NCBI GenBank assembly: GCA_951406725.2
Contig: OX597824.1
Location: 73,966,001-74,030,000, forward strand
Length of the DNA: 64,000 bases
DNA from: Octopus vulgaris
Taxonomy: Eukaryota
Direction of reading: 5' to 3'
The notes below the pieces were generated by a model that worked only from the letters and a program-made list of their open reading frames with translations, had not been told where the DNA came from and ran no database searches. Shown here piece by piece: positions 11,390-25,242 of this stretch (position 1 is the stretch's first letter; each line of letters opens with the position of its first letter). Made by a program: the position numbers and the translations under genes.

Positions 11390-12133
11390 CAGAGGTTCTC
11401 AACGTGAGCAGTACTGCCCCTAAGGTGGCACTAGGCATGTCAAAGGGGGCATTAAGCTTTAGGGGTGATGGGGGCAGTGAGATAACAACATACTAAATTT
11501 AATATATACTCTTACTCTTTTACTTGTTTCAGTCATTTGACTGTGGCCATGCTGGAGCACCACCTTTAGTTGAGCAAATCGACCCCAGGACTTATTCTTT
11601 GTAAGCCTAGTAATTATTCTATTGGTAATTATTCATCAGTTGTCAAGCGATGTTGGGGGGACAAACACAGACACACACATATATACATACATATACATAT
11701 ATACGACGGGTTTCTTTCAGTTTCCATCTACCAAATCCACTCACAAGGCTTTAGTTGGCCTGAGGCTATAGTAGAAGACACTTGCCCAAGGTGCCATGCA
11801 GTGGGACTGAACCCAGAACCATGTGGTTGGTAAGCAAGCTACTTACCACACATAACTATATTTTACATGATAAAATTAGTAATGGTCATTAAAACAAGAG
11901 CTCACCAGGAAAGCCGTTAAATTGTAATGCATAAAGTAAATTCACAACTCTTTTCTTTATTAATATTTTTATGATTTCACTGTTAAAAGCTTATAAAACC
12001 CAATTTTAGAATAAAATTTATAAATGAGCATCCTTGTTAAGTTAGTTTAGTCATGATACTTCAGTCAGTACTTAGATAGCACTAGACATAACAACTACTT
12101 AAAAGGATGTGGGAACATGGTTAAGAACCACTG
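11390..12133 (+). mobile_element. hAT (Charlie-like) MITE with nested S2 SINE (~11508-11853, minus)
   Basis: TIRs cagaggttctcaac / gttaagaaccactg; 8-bp TSD cactagac at 11382-11389 and 12134-12141. Confidence 0.9.
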
Positions 12134-13335
12134 CACTAGACAGTCACTTATTATTCTTTCAAATGTTAATGCTTATTCATTCACATTCTTTTGAAGAATC
12201 AGTCCTGCATTATCTCACTGCTTCCAGATGTAAATATAGCAATCAAATATCCCTAAAATCATACCCCGCTATATTGAAGCAGAGGACACATTAAATAATG
12301 TAGTTAGTGCGGAACATCTCTAAAAACAAATAGGATAATCACAGCTGAACACATCTTTGATCAAGGATTAGCAACGACAGTGATATAGTCAATTGCAGAG
12401 TAACTCTCAAATAGGCCTGGAACCTTAAGTGACTTGGTTCAATGTAGAATTAAGTATTCTATCCACTCTAACAGAAAAATGTCTTTAGTGGAATTGAATT
12501 TACAAACCATAAGCAGATAGGTAGATGGGCAGGAAAGTAGCTTCAAAACCATATACACAACTCAACTTCATTAATCTTCAATCAGCAAAATCATTTGAGC
12601 ATCAGTCAACAGCACCTTCAGATATTTATTCTGGTAATATACATTCCAAGTTCAAATCCCATCCCATCAAGATCAACTGTTATCTTTCATCCTCCCAAAG
12701 CACCAGCCTGGTGTAACATATTGGCAGAATTATTAGTGTTGAATATTATACTTTGTGGTATTTTTGCAGGCTCTTTATGTTCTGAGTTCAAATCCTGCTG
12801 AGGTAAATCTTACTTTTTATCTTTCCACGGATGAAAAACTAAAGTACTTATCCAGGAGAGTAAACAGACAGAATTGTTAGATGATTGGACAAAACACTTT
12901 ATGGTATTTATTTTTTAGCTCTTTACATTCAAAATGGCCAGGTCTAGGAAACATTTTCATTTATAGCTGACATTATATCTTGTCAAAAATATTCCGAGGA
13001 AGGAAACAGGATGGAAGGTATGACAAGTACAAAGCACTTGTCAAGGAAGTAACCAAAAGGTTACTCATGTATTTGATAACAACTGTCAGTTTGTTTATGT
13101 TCCCATAACTTACCGATTCAGCAAAAGGACTAATAGAATAAGTACCAGAATTTCAAAAATAAGTATTGGAGTCAATTTGTTTGACAAAATCTTTCAAGGT
13201 GGCACCAGCATGGCCGCAGACCAATGAAACAAGTAAAAGATAAAAAGTGTTCCTCAAAAGACAATGCTGATAGCTCAGGAACATTGCAAAGTGCTTGGTA
13301 GTGCATTAGGAACTTATATGAAACTTACAGAACAT

Positions 13336-13705
13336 AATTACCTCTGCCTCAGTGAAGACAGAGGTATTGTTTTCAGTCATGTTTGTTTGTTTGTTTGTGG
13401 ACAAGATATCTCATGAACCGCTGGATGGATTCGGATGAAACTTTCAGGGATGTTTGGTCTCATGACTGGCACAAACTGATTAGATTTTGGGATTGATCCG
13501 ATACTAGACAAGGATTCTGGATTATTTTTCCTTTTTTTTTTTTTTACTTAATTTTTGAGAGCGGTTGGGTTCATTTTTAGTATTCTCATTTGTGAGAGCA
13601 GTCGAGTTTATTTCAGATATTCTCATTTCAAAAATCCTCTCTGGCTAATCGTTGAGAGGACGTTGGTGTTGCCTGGGCTGAGGTTTGCACTGAGTGCGCT
13701 TGCTA
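13336..13705 (+). mobile_element. DINE-1/HINE-like non-autonomous Helentron
   Basis: 5' hairpin tacctctgcct..agacagaggta, (GTTT)n tract, ggattcggatgaaacttt core, and 3' subterminal repeat gaggt followed by a short palindrome gcac..gtgc. Confidence 0.6.
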
Positions 13706-14129
13706 TAATTACAATTGTTTCTACTTTCGGTACAAGACCAGTAAATTTTAGGGAAGGGGATTAGTCACTGATTCCAGTATTTTACTCTTAATTATTTTCT
13801 GAATCCTAAAAGGACATCATATTTTCTGGCATACTAAATTTTCCAACCAAAATTTACAGCTGAAAAAGCTAGGATGACTCATGCACCAAGATGATTTTCG
13901 AAGACCAAAAAATCCATGGGAAATGCAGCACAATTTGGAAAGATAGTGTTGATGATTACACTATATACTTTGTCAACTTGAATGCCAAAAAAAAAAATCA
14001 ATAAAGAGTTAAGTCAACTTCAGCAGGATTTGAATACAGAATTCTGAGTTAGAACACATACAAGGCATTTTGTCCAATGAGCCAATTATTTTGTCAATAA
14101 TGATTCTGTCAAAAGAGTTAAATTAGGAA

Positions 14130-14575
14130 TCATCACCATCTTTTAATGTTTGTTTTCCATGCTGGCATGGGTTGGATGGTTTGATAGGAGCTGGCCAGTG
14201 GCAATGGCTGGATGCCTTTCTTAATGCCAACCACTAAACAGAGTGTACTGAAAGCTTTTTACATGGCACCAGCATGGGTGCTTTTCATGTAACACTGACA
14301 AGGGTCTCCTTTATGTGACGCTGACACGAGCGTCATTCACGTGACACTAGCACAGGTTTCCTTTACGTGGCACCAGCATGGGTGTCATTCACATGGCACC
14401 GGCACGGGTGTCATTCACATGGCACAGGCACAGGTGTCATTCACATGGCACAGGCGTCATTTAAGTGGCATCAGCATGGGTTCCCTTTATGTAGAACCAA
14501 AATGGGTGCCCTTTACATGACACCAGTACATGTGTTCTTGATGTGGCACCAGCATGGGTGCTTTTTATGTGGTAT
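14130..14575 (-). mobile_element. RTE-tail retroposon with short-unit (~20-31 bp) minisatellite
   Basis: tttccatgctggcatgggttggatgg tail; repeated acatggcaccagcatgggtg-like units at 14260-14570. Confidence 0.75.
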
Positions 14576-14589
14576 ATATATATATGGGA

Positions 14590-14975
14590 ACTTCAGTCGT
14601 AATTTCAAATTCAATTCCAGTGTGTGACACCTTGGGCAAGTGTCTTCTACCACAAGCCCAGGACAACCAAAGCCTTGTGAGTGGATTTGACAGAGAGAAT
14701 CATAAAGAAGTCCATCCTATATATGGGTTTGTGTGTGTGTGTGTGTATTTGTGTCACCCTGTCTTGACATGGCACAATAGTTGTAAAAACAAGCGTCAGT
14801 GTCATACAAGTGGTTTCATTCTGTGAAAACATGTCAGCCATAGGAAACTATTACTTTGCTTCGGAAACAGGTTGGGGACATGAAGGGCATCCAGCCATAG
14901 AAAAATCTATTTAAACAAATTCCATTTGACCTTTGCAAGCACAGAACAATAAATGTTAAAACACTGGTGATGATA
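14590..14975 (+). mobile_element. Decayed S2 SINE, RTE-tail variant
   Basis: caccttgggcaagtgtcttctac..aaagccttgtgagtggattt. Confidence 0.75.
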
Positions 14976-15524
14976 ATATAACTATACATTTTGCTATAAA
15001 GAAAAAAATTAAAATAAAAAAGGGAAAAGTCTCATATAAACCAACAGTTTGCTACTACACCATCTGTTTCCGTTGAATTTACATAATCTGGTTAATTCTA
15101 AATACAACGAAAATATAAATATAAATTCAGATAATCCTTGAAAAAAAAAAAATTAATCAACAAGCTGATCAGACATCTTAAAGATATTGATTTCTTCCTT
15201 AGGCATAAGGTTGATAATTTCATAAAAATTTTTTTTTTTTGTCTCTCAAGGTGAAGTACAGCCATTAGATGGCATTGCAGTATTATTTTTGTTCAGTCTC
15301 TCCCTGGCCTACATTAAGTGAAATCTATAATAGGTGTTCAAGTCATGAACATCCTATTTGTTTCACCCCCACCTCACCTTGCTCAGACATTGTGTAATCG
15401 GAACTAAATTTATCCAATATGTCCATCTGTTGTTACAACAACTAGTAGTGGTTCGAGAGGGAGATTTGGTCGCTATTTCTAACAAGCAAAGTTTTGTAAC
15501 TAAGATGTTCACTTCACAGCTTCA

Positions 15525-15890
15525 TTTACTCATTTACTTGTTTCAGTCATTTGACTGCAGCCATGCTGGAGCACCGCCTTTAGTCGAGCAAATCGACACC
15601 GGGACTTATTCTTTGTAAGCCCAGTACTTATTCTATCGGTCTTTTTTGCCGAACCGCTAAGTGACGGGGACGTAAACACACCAGCATCGGTTGTCAAGCA
15701 ATGCTAGGGGGATAAACACAGACACACAAACATATACATACACATACATATATATACGACAGGCTTCTTTCAGTTTCCGTCTACCAAATCCACTTACAAG
15801 GCATTGGTCGGCCCAAGGCTATAGCAGAAGACACTTGCCCAAGATGCCACGCAGTGGGACTGAACCCGGAACCATGTGGTTGGTAAGCAA
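15525..15890 (-). mobile_element. Young S2 SINE
   Basis: Very similar to 58366-58770; CpGs retained. Confidence 0.9.
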
Positions 15891-16172
15891 CAGCCACTCG
15901 ATCAAACTTCACAATACCTTGGGCAAGTGTCTTATCATAAGCTCACGGTCAACCTAGCAATTGAAACTGAGTAAAAACTTTATGGAAGCCCATCAGCAGA
16001 ACCATTTTTATTCTGAACAGTTTGACAGGGATGTTTGTAGTAGTCACAATGATGGTTATGATGGCGATAATAATGTGAGCCATGGAGACGACGTTTGTAT
16101 CAGATGTAGTGACGGTGATAATGGTGAAATGACAGCAACAATAATGACAAAGGCAATGGATTTGGTGCATGC

Positions 16173-16277
16173 CTTTTCAGCGCCATCAATTAATTGTTCC
16201 AACCACGAAACCTTCCAACTACTATTTTCTCTTCTAGTATATAGTGAATACAGATTCTCAATTTTCACCAAAACTAG
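16173..16277 (-). other. Candidate internal exon (105 bp) of an unidentified minus-strand gene
   Basis: Long polypyrimidine tract ending ttttctttAG at 16279-16278; open frame LVLVKIENLYSLYTRRENSSWKVSWLEQLIDGAEK; only a weak GC donor (AAG|GCATGC); no recognisable homology. Confidence 0.25.
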
Positions 16278-16740
16278 CTAAAGAAAACACATAATACAAA
16301 AAGAAAAAAAAAGGAAAAAAAAAAAAGTAGCCAGTGTTCATTGCCTAACCCAACTCTTATCAAGACCATCATCACCATAATCATCATAACCATCAACAAC
16401 CCCATCATCAATACCGCTATCACCACCACCACCATCAATATGCATCGTTATCCTGATCACATTAACAACATCACCACCAACACTACCATCATTATTATTA
16501 TCAATATTATTATAATCACCTATACCATCAACTCCATTTCATCCAAGGCCTGTTTTCTATGTACAGGTTTGGCAAGTTTGCTTTTGTTTCCAACAAAGAC
16601 AAAAGTCTAGCTCCTCCTACTACTACTACTATTACTACTACCACCTCAGAATGTTAAAAGGTGGGGCCTAACTAAATATAAGGTACTTAATCTAATACTA
16701 CCATTGCAGCAGCTCAACACCTTTTTAACAACAAAATGAA

Positions 16741-16776
16741 GAGAGGGGGGAGAGAGAGAGAGAGAGAGAGAAAGAA

Positions 16777-16808
<32 letters not shown>

Positions 16809-16900
16809 AGAGAAAGAAAGAGAGAGAGAAAGAAAGAGAGAGAGAGAAAGAGAGAGAGAAAGAAAGAAAGAGAGAGAGAAACAGGCAGACAGACAGAGAA
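16741..16900. repeat. (GA)n/(GAAA)n microsatellite
   Basis: Seen directly. Confidence 0.95.
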
Positions 16901-16914
16901 CTTTGGTCCTTAAG

Positions 16915-17190
16915 CTCTTTATTCTATCATTTCAGCCTGTCCACCACACATGTTATGGGGACATGAGCACACCAGCATCAGTTGTCAAGTGAAGTTGGGG
17001 GGACAAACACAGACACACAAACATATAAATATATATATACACGACGAGCTTCTTTCAGTTTCCGTCTACCAAATCTACTCACAAGGCTTTGGTCAGCCCG
17101 AGGCTATAGAAGAATTCATTTGCCTAAGGTGCCATGCAGTGGGACTGAATCCAGAACCATGTGGTTGGTAAGCAAGCTACTTACCGCAGC
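16915..17190 (-). mobile_element. S2 SINE, internally deleted
   Basis: Match to the S2 consensus. Confidence 0.8.
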
Positions 17191-17761
17191 AAAACCACTC
17201 CTACACCTATAAAACCACTCCTGAATTCAAGAAACATTAATAAAGATAAGTTTAACACAATAAATTAACATGTAACATCTTCACTAACACTGCCTCTGAA
17301 TTTAGGACGTTTATATTACTAATGAGGTATTTTATATTTTTCAGCTAGAATGTAGTTGGGTCTCAAGTGGGTGGTACAAACCTAGCAACATGGGTTTTAT
17401 AGTGAAAACAAAATTTCAACTCAAATGGCAATTACCAGACAATTTTTCTGTTTGAGTCTAACCGTTTTAAGTCGTAGTGGAAATGTGTCTTATGTTGCAA
17501 ATAGGCATACGAATATTGTATAAATTTATAATTGAAAAATTTACTATATTTTGTATATATAAGAATATCAGCCAGCAGGCACAAATGCGCCCATGGATAG
17601 GGGTTTCCCCACCCTTGATCTAAACTCACTCAGGATGTAATATAAGCAATGAAGAGGAATGGGGTTATAAAGTACTAATTTCTAACAGGCACAATGCCAC
17701 ACATCTTGTGGAGTGGGAAGGGTAGAGCCAATGAAATCAACACCAGTAACTGAACTGCATG

Positions 17762-18090
17762 TGAAGGTGCATGGCTCAGTGGTTAGGTCATCGGGCTCAC
17801 TATCATGAGATAGTGAGTTCGATTCTCAGACCAGGCTGTGTTGTGTTCTTGAGGAAGACACTTTATTCCACTTAGCTCCAGTTCACTCAGCTGTAGAAAT
17901 CAGTTGCGACATCACTGGTGCCAAGCAGTACTGGCCTTTGCCTTTCCCCTGGACAACATCGGTGGTGTGGAGAGGGGAGGCTGGTATACATGGGTGACTG
18001 CTGATCTTCCATAAACAACCATGCTTGGACTTGTCTTGGAGGGGAACTTTCTCGGGGCAGTCCCATGGTCATTCATAACTGAAGGCAGTC
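17762..18090 (+). mobile_element. Older tRNA-derived SINE with S3-like head
   Basis: A-box tggctcagtgg, B-box agttcgattc, followed by agaccagg..tgtgtt. Confidence 0.7.
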
Positions 18091-18281
18091 TTTCCCTTTT
18101 TCTAATTGAACTGTACTTTATTTTATTACTGATACCTTCTTGGAAATACAAAAGGCAAAATAACCTTCAACAGGATTTGAACTCACAACCAACATATAAG
18201 AACTGTAGTGAAATATTGCAAGATATTTTGTCCTACTCTCTACTGATTCAGTCAATTTTGTTTCTTTGGATTAATCTAAGC

Positions 18282-18842
18282 CAGATGTTCTCAACGTGGA
18301 TGGTACCACCCCCAAGGGGGTGCTGGACATGTCAAAGGGGGCAGTAAGGTAACATAACCTTTTGACATTTAAACTGACCACATCTGACCAAAATATTCTA
18401 CCAGTTTTATGTTCAAACTGGCCAGATCTCGGCTCTCACACCTATCCTACAATGTTATTCTAAAAATTAACAATCACATCATTGAAATATCCAAGCTATG
18501 AGATAATGCATAATTAATTTAAAACAATATGATGAAATAAGTTTTACATTTCACAAAGTAATCTGAAAGCTAAATGGTCAACATACTAAATTTTACCAAT
18601 AGCAGTAGTTGTATTATACGACAAAACTAGTAATGGTTGTTAAAATAGCACAAGATCTCATCAGGCACAAGGATATCATTAACTTGCAATAGCTTTTGTC
18701 TTTATTAATTTTTTATAATTTCACTGTTATCCATGCTAAGTTAGTTTAGTCATGATATCTCACTCATCTGTTAGGTGAGTGTTAGGCAAAACAACTACTT
18801 TAAAAAACAAACTACATAAATAAAAAAGGTTAAGAACCACTG
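18282..18842 (+). mobile_element. hAT MITE (same family as 11390-12133) with nested piggyBac-type MITE (~18357-18580)
   Basis: TIRs cagatgttctcaac / gttaagaaccactg; 8-bp TSD atctaagc at 18274-18281 and 18843-18850. Confidence 0.9.
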
Positions 18843-20471
18843 ATCTAAGCCAAGCTTTTCTCATAGAGGGAGAGCTTCCAAGTAAAAATTCTGTGAAGAT
18901 CACAGAGAGTCAACAAACTGTTCTGTTTAATGAAATTAATCCTTCAACTACAAAATTAAATTTTATGGTTATTCCAGTAAATGATGTTAAATGTCTGCCA
19001 AACAGAAAATAAAATAAATAAATTCTGCAAATTATGTTGCTTCAGTAAATTTGATATATCTTGATGTTTCAAACAACATTCCTCAACAAAAAATACATAC
19101 ATTAGTATATAAGTCTGCTTTCTGCAGTTAAGAGTAATGGAATTTTGAGTGGATAGATTTGATTTCTGCAATAAAAGAGTTAAGATGACGATTATTTTTT
19201 GTAGTCCTAATTCTGAGAAATCAAGGCCTTTAGAAAAAAAGAATTATGTGGATACAAACTATTTAATCTTCCCCATTAAATAGATGGGAAAGTAACAAAT
19301 TTCACTCACATTTGGAGCTAAGATGGAGAGGTAGAAATATTTTTTGTCAGCTTGGGAAGTACTGATCTAAGCCATCTTCATGATAATACCAATAGTTAAT
19401 AGTTAATCCATCCTGCCCCATCAGATTATTAGTTAGACCTCAAAGGTTAAAAAAAATCTGTCTTAGACTTCTATATCATTCATATTGAGAATACTTTATA
19501 TGAATATTAAATTAATCCCCAGTACTTGATTGGTACTTTAACAATCTGCTCGCCTATCTGGAGGATGATCCCAGCAGGATTTGAACTCAGAATGTAAAGG
19601 GCTGTAACTAACTACCAGATGAAATTTTATCCAATAGTTTGGCAATGGTACCATATAAACTACTGATTTCTAACACAGCCACAATACTTCAAATTTTTGA
19701 GGGAGCGGTATAATTGATTATATTAATGCCAGTATTTGACAGGGTCTTTATTTTATCAACCCCAGAAGGATGAAAGGGAGGGAAGACAATGGCAAGATTT
19801 GAACTCTGAAGGTTTCTAAATACAAAAAGAGATTTTGTTTGATGCTCTAACAATTCTAAAGAAATTCATTGTGAACTAAAGTCCAGCAGATGTAGGGCAA
19901 TGTCTAGTCTTGCTATAATAAAACATTGTGAAGTTACTACTTCAACAGATTCCATTGAAAAACACAAACCATTATCATTTTTATCTTTGTTGTCATTTCT
20001 TTCAACACCTATTTTTGGACACAAGTTTGGCAGGTTTGCCCCGTTTTCCAGCTGTAAGTATTTTCATGTCCATTCAACTCCCTGCTGGCATGAATTGAAT
20101 AACAATAAGACTGTGTTTCTAAGCTGGATGCTCGTTCTGACAAAAGTCTTTCTAACCACTTCTAGCCATCATAAATCTGTAACATTATAGCCGCTAATAA
20201 TTCCATGAAAATAAGAAGAAAAAACAAAAGAAAACACATCATTTACCCAGTTGATGCCAACCTACTTCAGACTAACTATGGACTTTAGTATTTCAACTGA
20301 CCATATCTGGCCCAAATATCCTACCTATTCTATGTTCAAACCAGTCTGATCCAGCCTCTCACACCTATCCTACAATGCCATTCTAAACACAAATAACCAC
20401 ATCACTGAAATCTCAAAGCTACAAGATAACATGTGATTAATTCAAAATAATGTGAATAAATAAACATTACA

Positions 20472-21264
20472 TTTTGGAAGGAAAAGACTGTCAAATATTC
20501 AACTAACGAGGATGGCATTGATAAAAAATTTGTCAAAGAACTTGGAGGTCGCAAAAAAACTGGTAGAAATTTCGTAACCTTTTTGTTACCATATTTCTAT
20601 TGAAATAGACTTAGCTTGCTTACCAACCACATGGTTCCGGGATCATTCCCACTGTGTGGCACCTTGGGCAAGTGTCTTCTACTATAGCCTCGAGCCGACC
20701 AAAGCCCTGTGAGTGGATTTGGTAAACGGAAACTGAAAGAAGCCCGTCGTATATATGTATATATATATATATCTATGTGTGTGTTTGTCCTCTCCAATAT
20801 CGCTTCACAATTGATGGTGGTGTGTTTACATCCCCAAAACTTAGAGGTTTGGCAAAAGAGACCGATAGAATAAGTACTAGGCTTACAAAGAATAAGTCCT
20901 GGGGTCGATTTGCTTGACTAAAGGCGGTGCTCCAGCATGGTCACAGTCAAATGACTGAAACAAGTAAAAGAGTATTTGACAGAGTAATCTGAATGGTAAA
21001 GGGTTAAAGGGATCTAAATTTAAACCTTCCATCAAAATTTTAACTTAACCTATGCACAAAAAACCAGGATAACAATGATAAAGTTATTTTATTAAATTCA
21101 ATATTTTCAAAATTAATTGAAACAAAGTTTATTTCAATAGAAATATGGTAACAAAAGGGTTACGAAATTTCTACCAGTTTTTTGTGACCTCCAAGTTCTA
21201 CGACAAATTTTCTGCCAATTCCATCCTCGTTAGTTGAATAGTTACCAGTCTTTCCATTCCAAAA
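20472..21264. repeat. ~135-bp diverged inverted repeat (20472-20607 / 21130-21264) enclosing a 5'-truncated S2 SINE (20610-20972, +)
   Basis: tattcaactaacgaggatgg..ctggtagaaatttcgtaacc..gttaccatatttctattgaaata and its reverse complement. Confidence 0.9.
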
Positions 21265-22656
21265 GTTATATGGTAATGTGGGCAGAATCTTTAATTTATT
21301 GCTAGTTCAGTGGTATGCATAGTAATGGTTTTCAGTATTCGAGTAAAGAGTGGGGGGATAAAGATTTTCTTTGGTACCCCTACTTTAATAAACAAGCACT
21401 ATAGGCCAGAGGAAATTTTGCACCCATTCACACCTGCACAGGTAGTGATGTGTTCCATCAAGCTATCTCTTGGTATACCTCTACATTCATATTTAGGGGC
21501 TTTTAATGAGTAGCTCTGTTTCTATTGGTTATTGTAATTGTTTAGCCCCAAGTCAATTCAGATTGAATAAATCCATGATCAACAGTATCTTCAGTTAAGA
21601 CCATTCCATCATTTAAAGAACATTTAAGACTATATTATCTATTATTCTCTTCTTCTTTGTTTATAATGGTGGGGGTTTGGTTTGAGAATTTGGCTGCTAT
21701 TTCAACACTGATGGGAAGAAGGGAGGATCAGGTCTCTGGTCCTCTCTTCTCTGAAACAGAACGGTGCCCAGAGACCATGTGATGATGTTAAACAAAATGA
21801 CAAATTAAGTTTATCACGCATGTACATTGTTAGACAGAGAGTTCTCTTTCAGAACATTATTCAGAAGATAGGAAATTACTACCAGACATCAGTAAATATA
21901 AAGAAGAAGATAAAAAATAAAAAAAACATTTCGTAATATCCATTGATCCTGTAGATGTTTCCAAAGAATCATCCAACATACAATTGCGGAAGAGAAAGCC
22001 TGATAAATATTCCTGACTGTTGCAGACTGCTGCCAGCTGCCACACGTTAGGCTGAATGTGAGCCAGAATCAATTAAATCAACACCACAAGAACAAAATGC
22101 AAAAAGCATTCCTCCCTTCACTCCATTAGATTAGAACTAAGAACCTAGAGGAAAGAAACTATATAGAGAAAAAAATTGAGTCCAGCAATTTATCTCCACC
22201 ATCCAAAAGAGAACCTCCTAGAAACAGCAACTAAATCTCACTCAAATCATTGGGAAAATGCCTTTATTCCTTTATTTGTCTTCCTTCCAATCAGCCCTAC
22301 AGACAAGCTCCTTCCATTTCAACAGGTAAGCAGGAATAACCTCCAGCAGCTGAAACAGGAGAAGCTCATTCATAGTGTAGATCAGAAAAATTAATACAGT
22401 CACTTCAATCCCCCATCTATATTGAGCATTCATATGAACAATAGTATTAATGACTTTACATAATGAAATACCATGTACTTAAAAGTCATTACTGTTTACG
22501 TACAAGCTACCAGGAATGTGTTTCAGATGTAAAACTGCTATATCCAATAATGTTACATTGCTATATGTAGTGGCTCTATAAGAATGGGTTCGTAGATGAT
22601 AAATGAGTTAGATGGGTGCTGATAAAGGAGTAAAAACGCCTGAAATATGGCATATA

Positions 22657-22706
22657 CCGTAAATCCTCGAGTATAGTCCGCCTTTGAGTATAATACGCAG
22701 GGGATG
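22657..22706 (+). mobile_element. Left end of a pogo/Tigger-type MITE
   Basis: TA-ccgtaaatcctcgagtatagtccgcc, the same end as 25557. Confidence 0.75.
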
Positions 22707-22959
22707 TTTTTTCACATGCCAGTAAGGTGACGCAGGTAACAATCACGCTCAAATGGTGTTTTTTTACGTGCCACAGGCACGGAAGCCAGCTTGTTGCTCT
22801 GGCAACGATCATGCTCGTATGGTACTCTTAGCGCTCCACTAGCATGGTTGCCAGTCATCGAATTTGATCTTTACAGATATTCCACAGAAATTATAGCAGG
22901 CACTGATTTTTTTATGGTGTTCCATATCCAAGATGTCAGATGTAAACAAACAAGATTTA

Positions 22960-23079
22960 AGATGAAAATGTGGTTCTGGGTTCAGTCGCTTGGCACCTTG
23001 GGCAAGTTTTTTCTATTATAGCCTCAGGCCGACCAAAACCTTGTGAGTGATAGATGGAAACTGAAAGAAGCCTGTTGTA

Positions 23080-23132
<53 letters not shown>

Positions 23133-24375
23133 CATATATTTATGCAGTTTTGTGTGTGTTTGTCACCCCCATCACCCCTTGACAACCAGCGTAGGTGTGT
23201 TTATGTCCCTGTAACTTAGCTATTTGGCAAAAGGGATCAATAGAATAAGTACCAGGCTTAAAAAATAAGTATCAAAAATTCAAGGCAGTGCCCCAGCATG
23301 GCTGCAGTCTAATGACTGAAACAAGTAAGAGATAAATGATAGTACTTCTTCCAATTCTCCTTGCTCTCTATTCAAATCCCCCCAAGGTTAACTTTACCAT
23401 TCATCAAGTGTGGGGTTGATTAAAAAGAGAAAAATACCAATTCAGGACAGTGTATTCATAAAAATGTAAGGCTATTTGTTTATACATTTTGCAATGTGTT
23501 ACATGGTAGGGCGAAAGCTGGCAGAAATGTTAGCATGCCGGGTGAAATGCTTAGCGGTATTTCGTCTGCCGTTACTTTCTGAGTTCAAATTCCATGGAGG
23601 TCGACTTAACCTTTCACCTTTTCGGGGTTGATAAATTTAAGTACCAGTTGTGTACTGGGGTTGATCTAATCAACTGACCTCCTCCCCAAGAATTTCATGC
23701 CTTGTGCCTAGAGTAGAAAAGAATATGTGATATGGCACATTGTGTTCTAAGTTCAAATCTTGCCATGGCCTACTAGGGTGGTTAGATTTAATCCATCATT
23801 TGATTTAACACCACCTCTGGCACTGAGTGCCTTTTGTAGAATCCACTCTGTAAAAGGCATTAGAGTCTGAACTTCTGCTCGAGAGAATGTTTCCCTCCTT
23901 CTCACTGATCTCAGAGGCTCTGTAAAAGGGTCATGGGCACTGCATCTCCTCCTAGCTAAAAGATGAAAAAATAAAACTAATGCTCCAGAGAGCCTCTGCA
24001 TGGTTGCTTGACCTCTATGGCCAGCAACCAAATCTGCAAAAGAAGCTTGCTTCCCAACCACATGGTTCTGGGTTCAGTCCAACAGCGAGACACCTTGGGC
24101 AAGTATCTTCTAGTATAACCTCAGGCCAACCAAAGCTTTAAGTGGATTTGGTAGATGGAAACTGAAAGAAGCCCATCATACATATATATGTGTGGAGGGT
24201 GCTTGCATATCCATAACTTAGCAGTTCAACAAAAAAACTGATAGAATAAGTACCAGGCTTTAAAAGAAAAAAAAAATAACAAGCGCTAGGTTTGATACGT
24301 TCGACCAAAGATTCTTTAAGGCAGTGCCCCAGCATGGCCGCGGTCTAATGACTGAAACAATTAGAAGATAAAAGA
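22960..24375 (+). mobile_element. SINE cluster: S2 (~22960-23335), S1 (~23510-23725), S2 (~24043-24375)
   Basis: Matches to the family consensuses. Confidence 0.8.
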
Positions 24376-24763
24376 GAATATAGTCTCAGAATCATGATGT
24401 TTAGAAGCAAACAACAGCTTGGTTATCAACTGGAACAACTTTTGAACATAAATGTACAGGAGCAGATCTGACCTAGGGTTAAAAAAAAACCTAAAATTTG
24501 TGTAATTTCTGAGTATTGCACATGAATTTCTACTGAATAAACACTTATGTCCATACTATACATATTAATCTCTTAATAATTAATTAATCTTTTTTCGTTA
24601 AATGCTAATGAGTTTTCTTTTTTTTTTCTTTCATAATATCCAAAATTAAATCCTGTATGTATTATTACTCTAAAAATAAAGCAGGAAAAGTAGGTCATAT
24701 GAGAGGCCATGGGAGATAAACGTGTCAGTGGAGTTGAGACATTAAGGGTCTTTTGTCTATTTG

Positions 24764-24805
<42 letters not shown>

Positions 24806-25242
24806 AGAAAAAAAATAAACCAGGATAACAAAAGTAAAAGACATGGAAAAGCACAAGCATGGATAAAGCTCTGCCCTCTTCAGTTGTTGAATGAAGGTCA
24901 AAACGATTTTGGGATATTACTTCAGAGAGAGACAGACAGATAGATAGATAGATGTATATAAATAACAGAGAGAGAGAGAGAGAATGAGAGAGAGAGAGAA
25001 TGAGAGAGAGAGAGAGAGATCATCATCATCTTAACATCCACTTTTCTATGTTCATATAGGTGAGACTGAATTTGTTGAAGCCAGATGTTCTTCCTATTAC
25101 CAATTCTCACTGGTTTCCAAATAAGGAAATATTTCCTTATGGCCTGATTGTTTTTTTAAAAAAAGAGCGGAAGCAAAGCACACTGCTTCTATGACAATGA
25201 TTCTGGTTCACAACTATCAAAAAACGGTGAGACTAACACACA

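Noticed and set aside
16172-16186. MALKR start resembling UBE2D ubiquitin-conjugating enzymes
   Set aside because: It continues HAPNP rather than I(N/H)KEL, and I found no further UBE2D exons.
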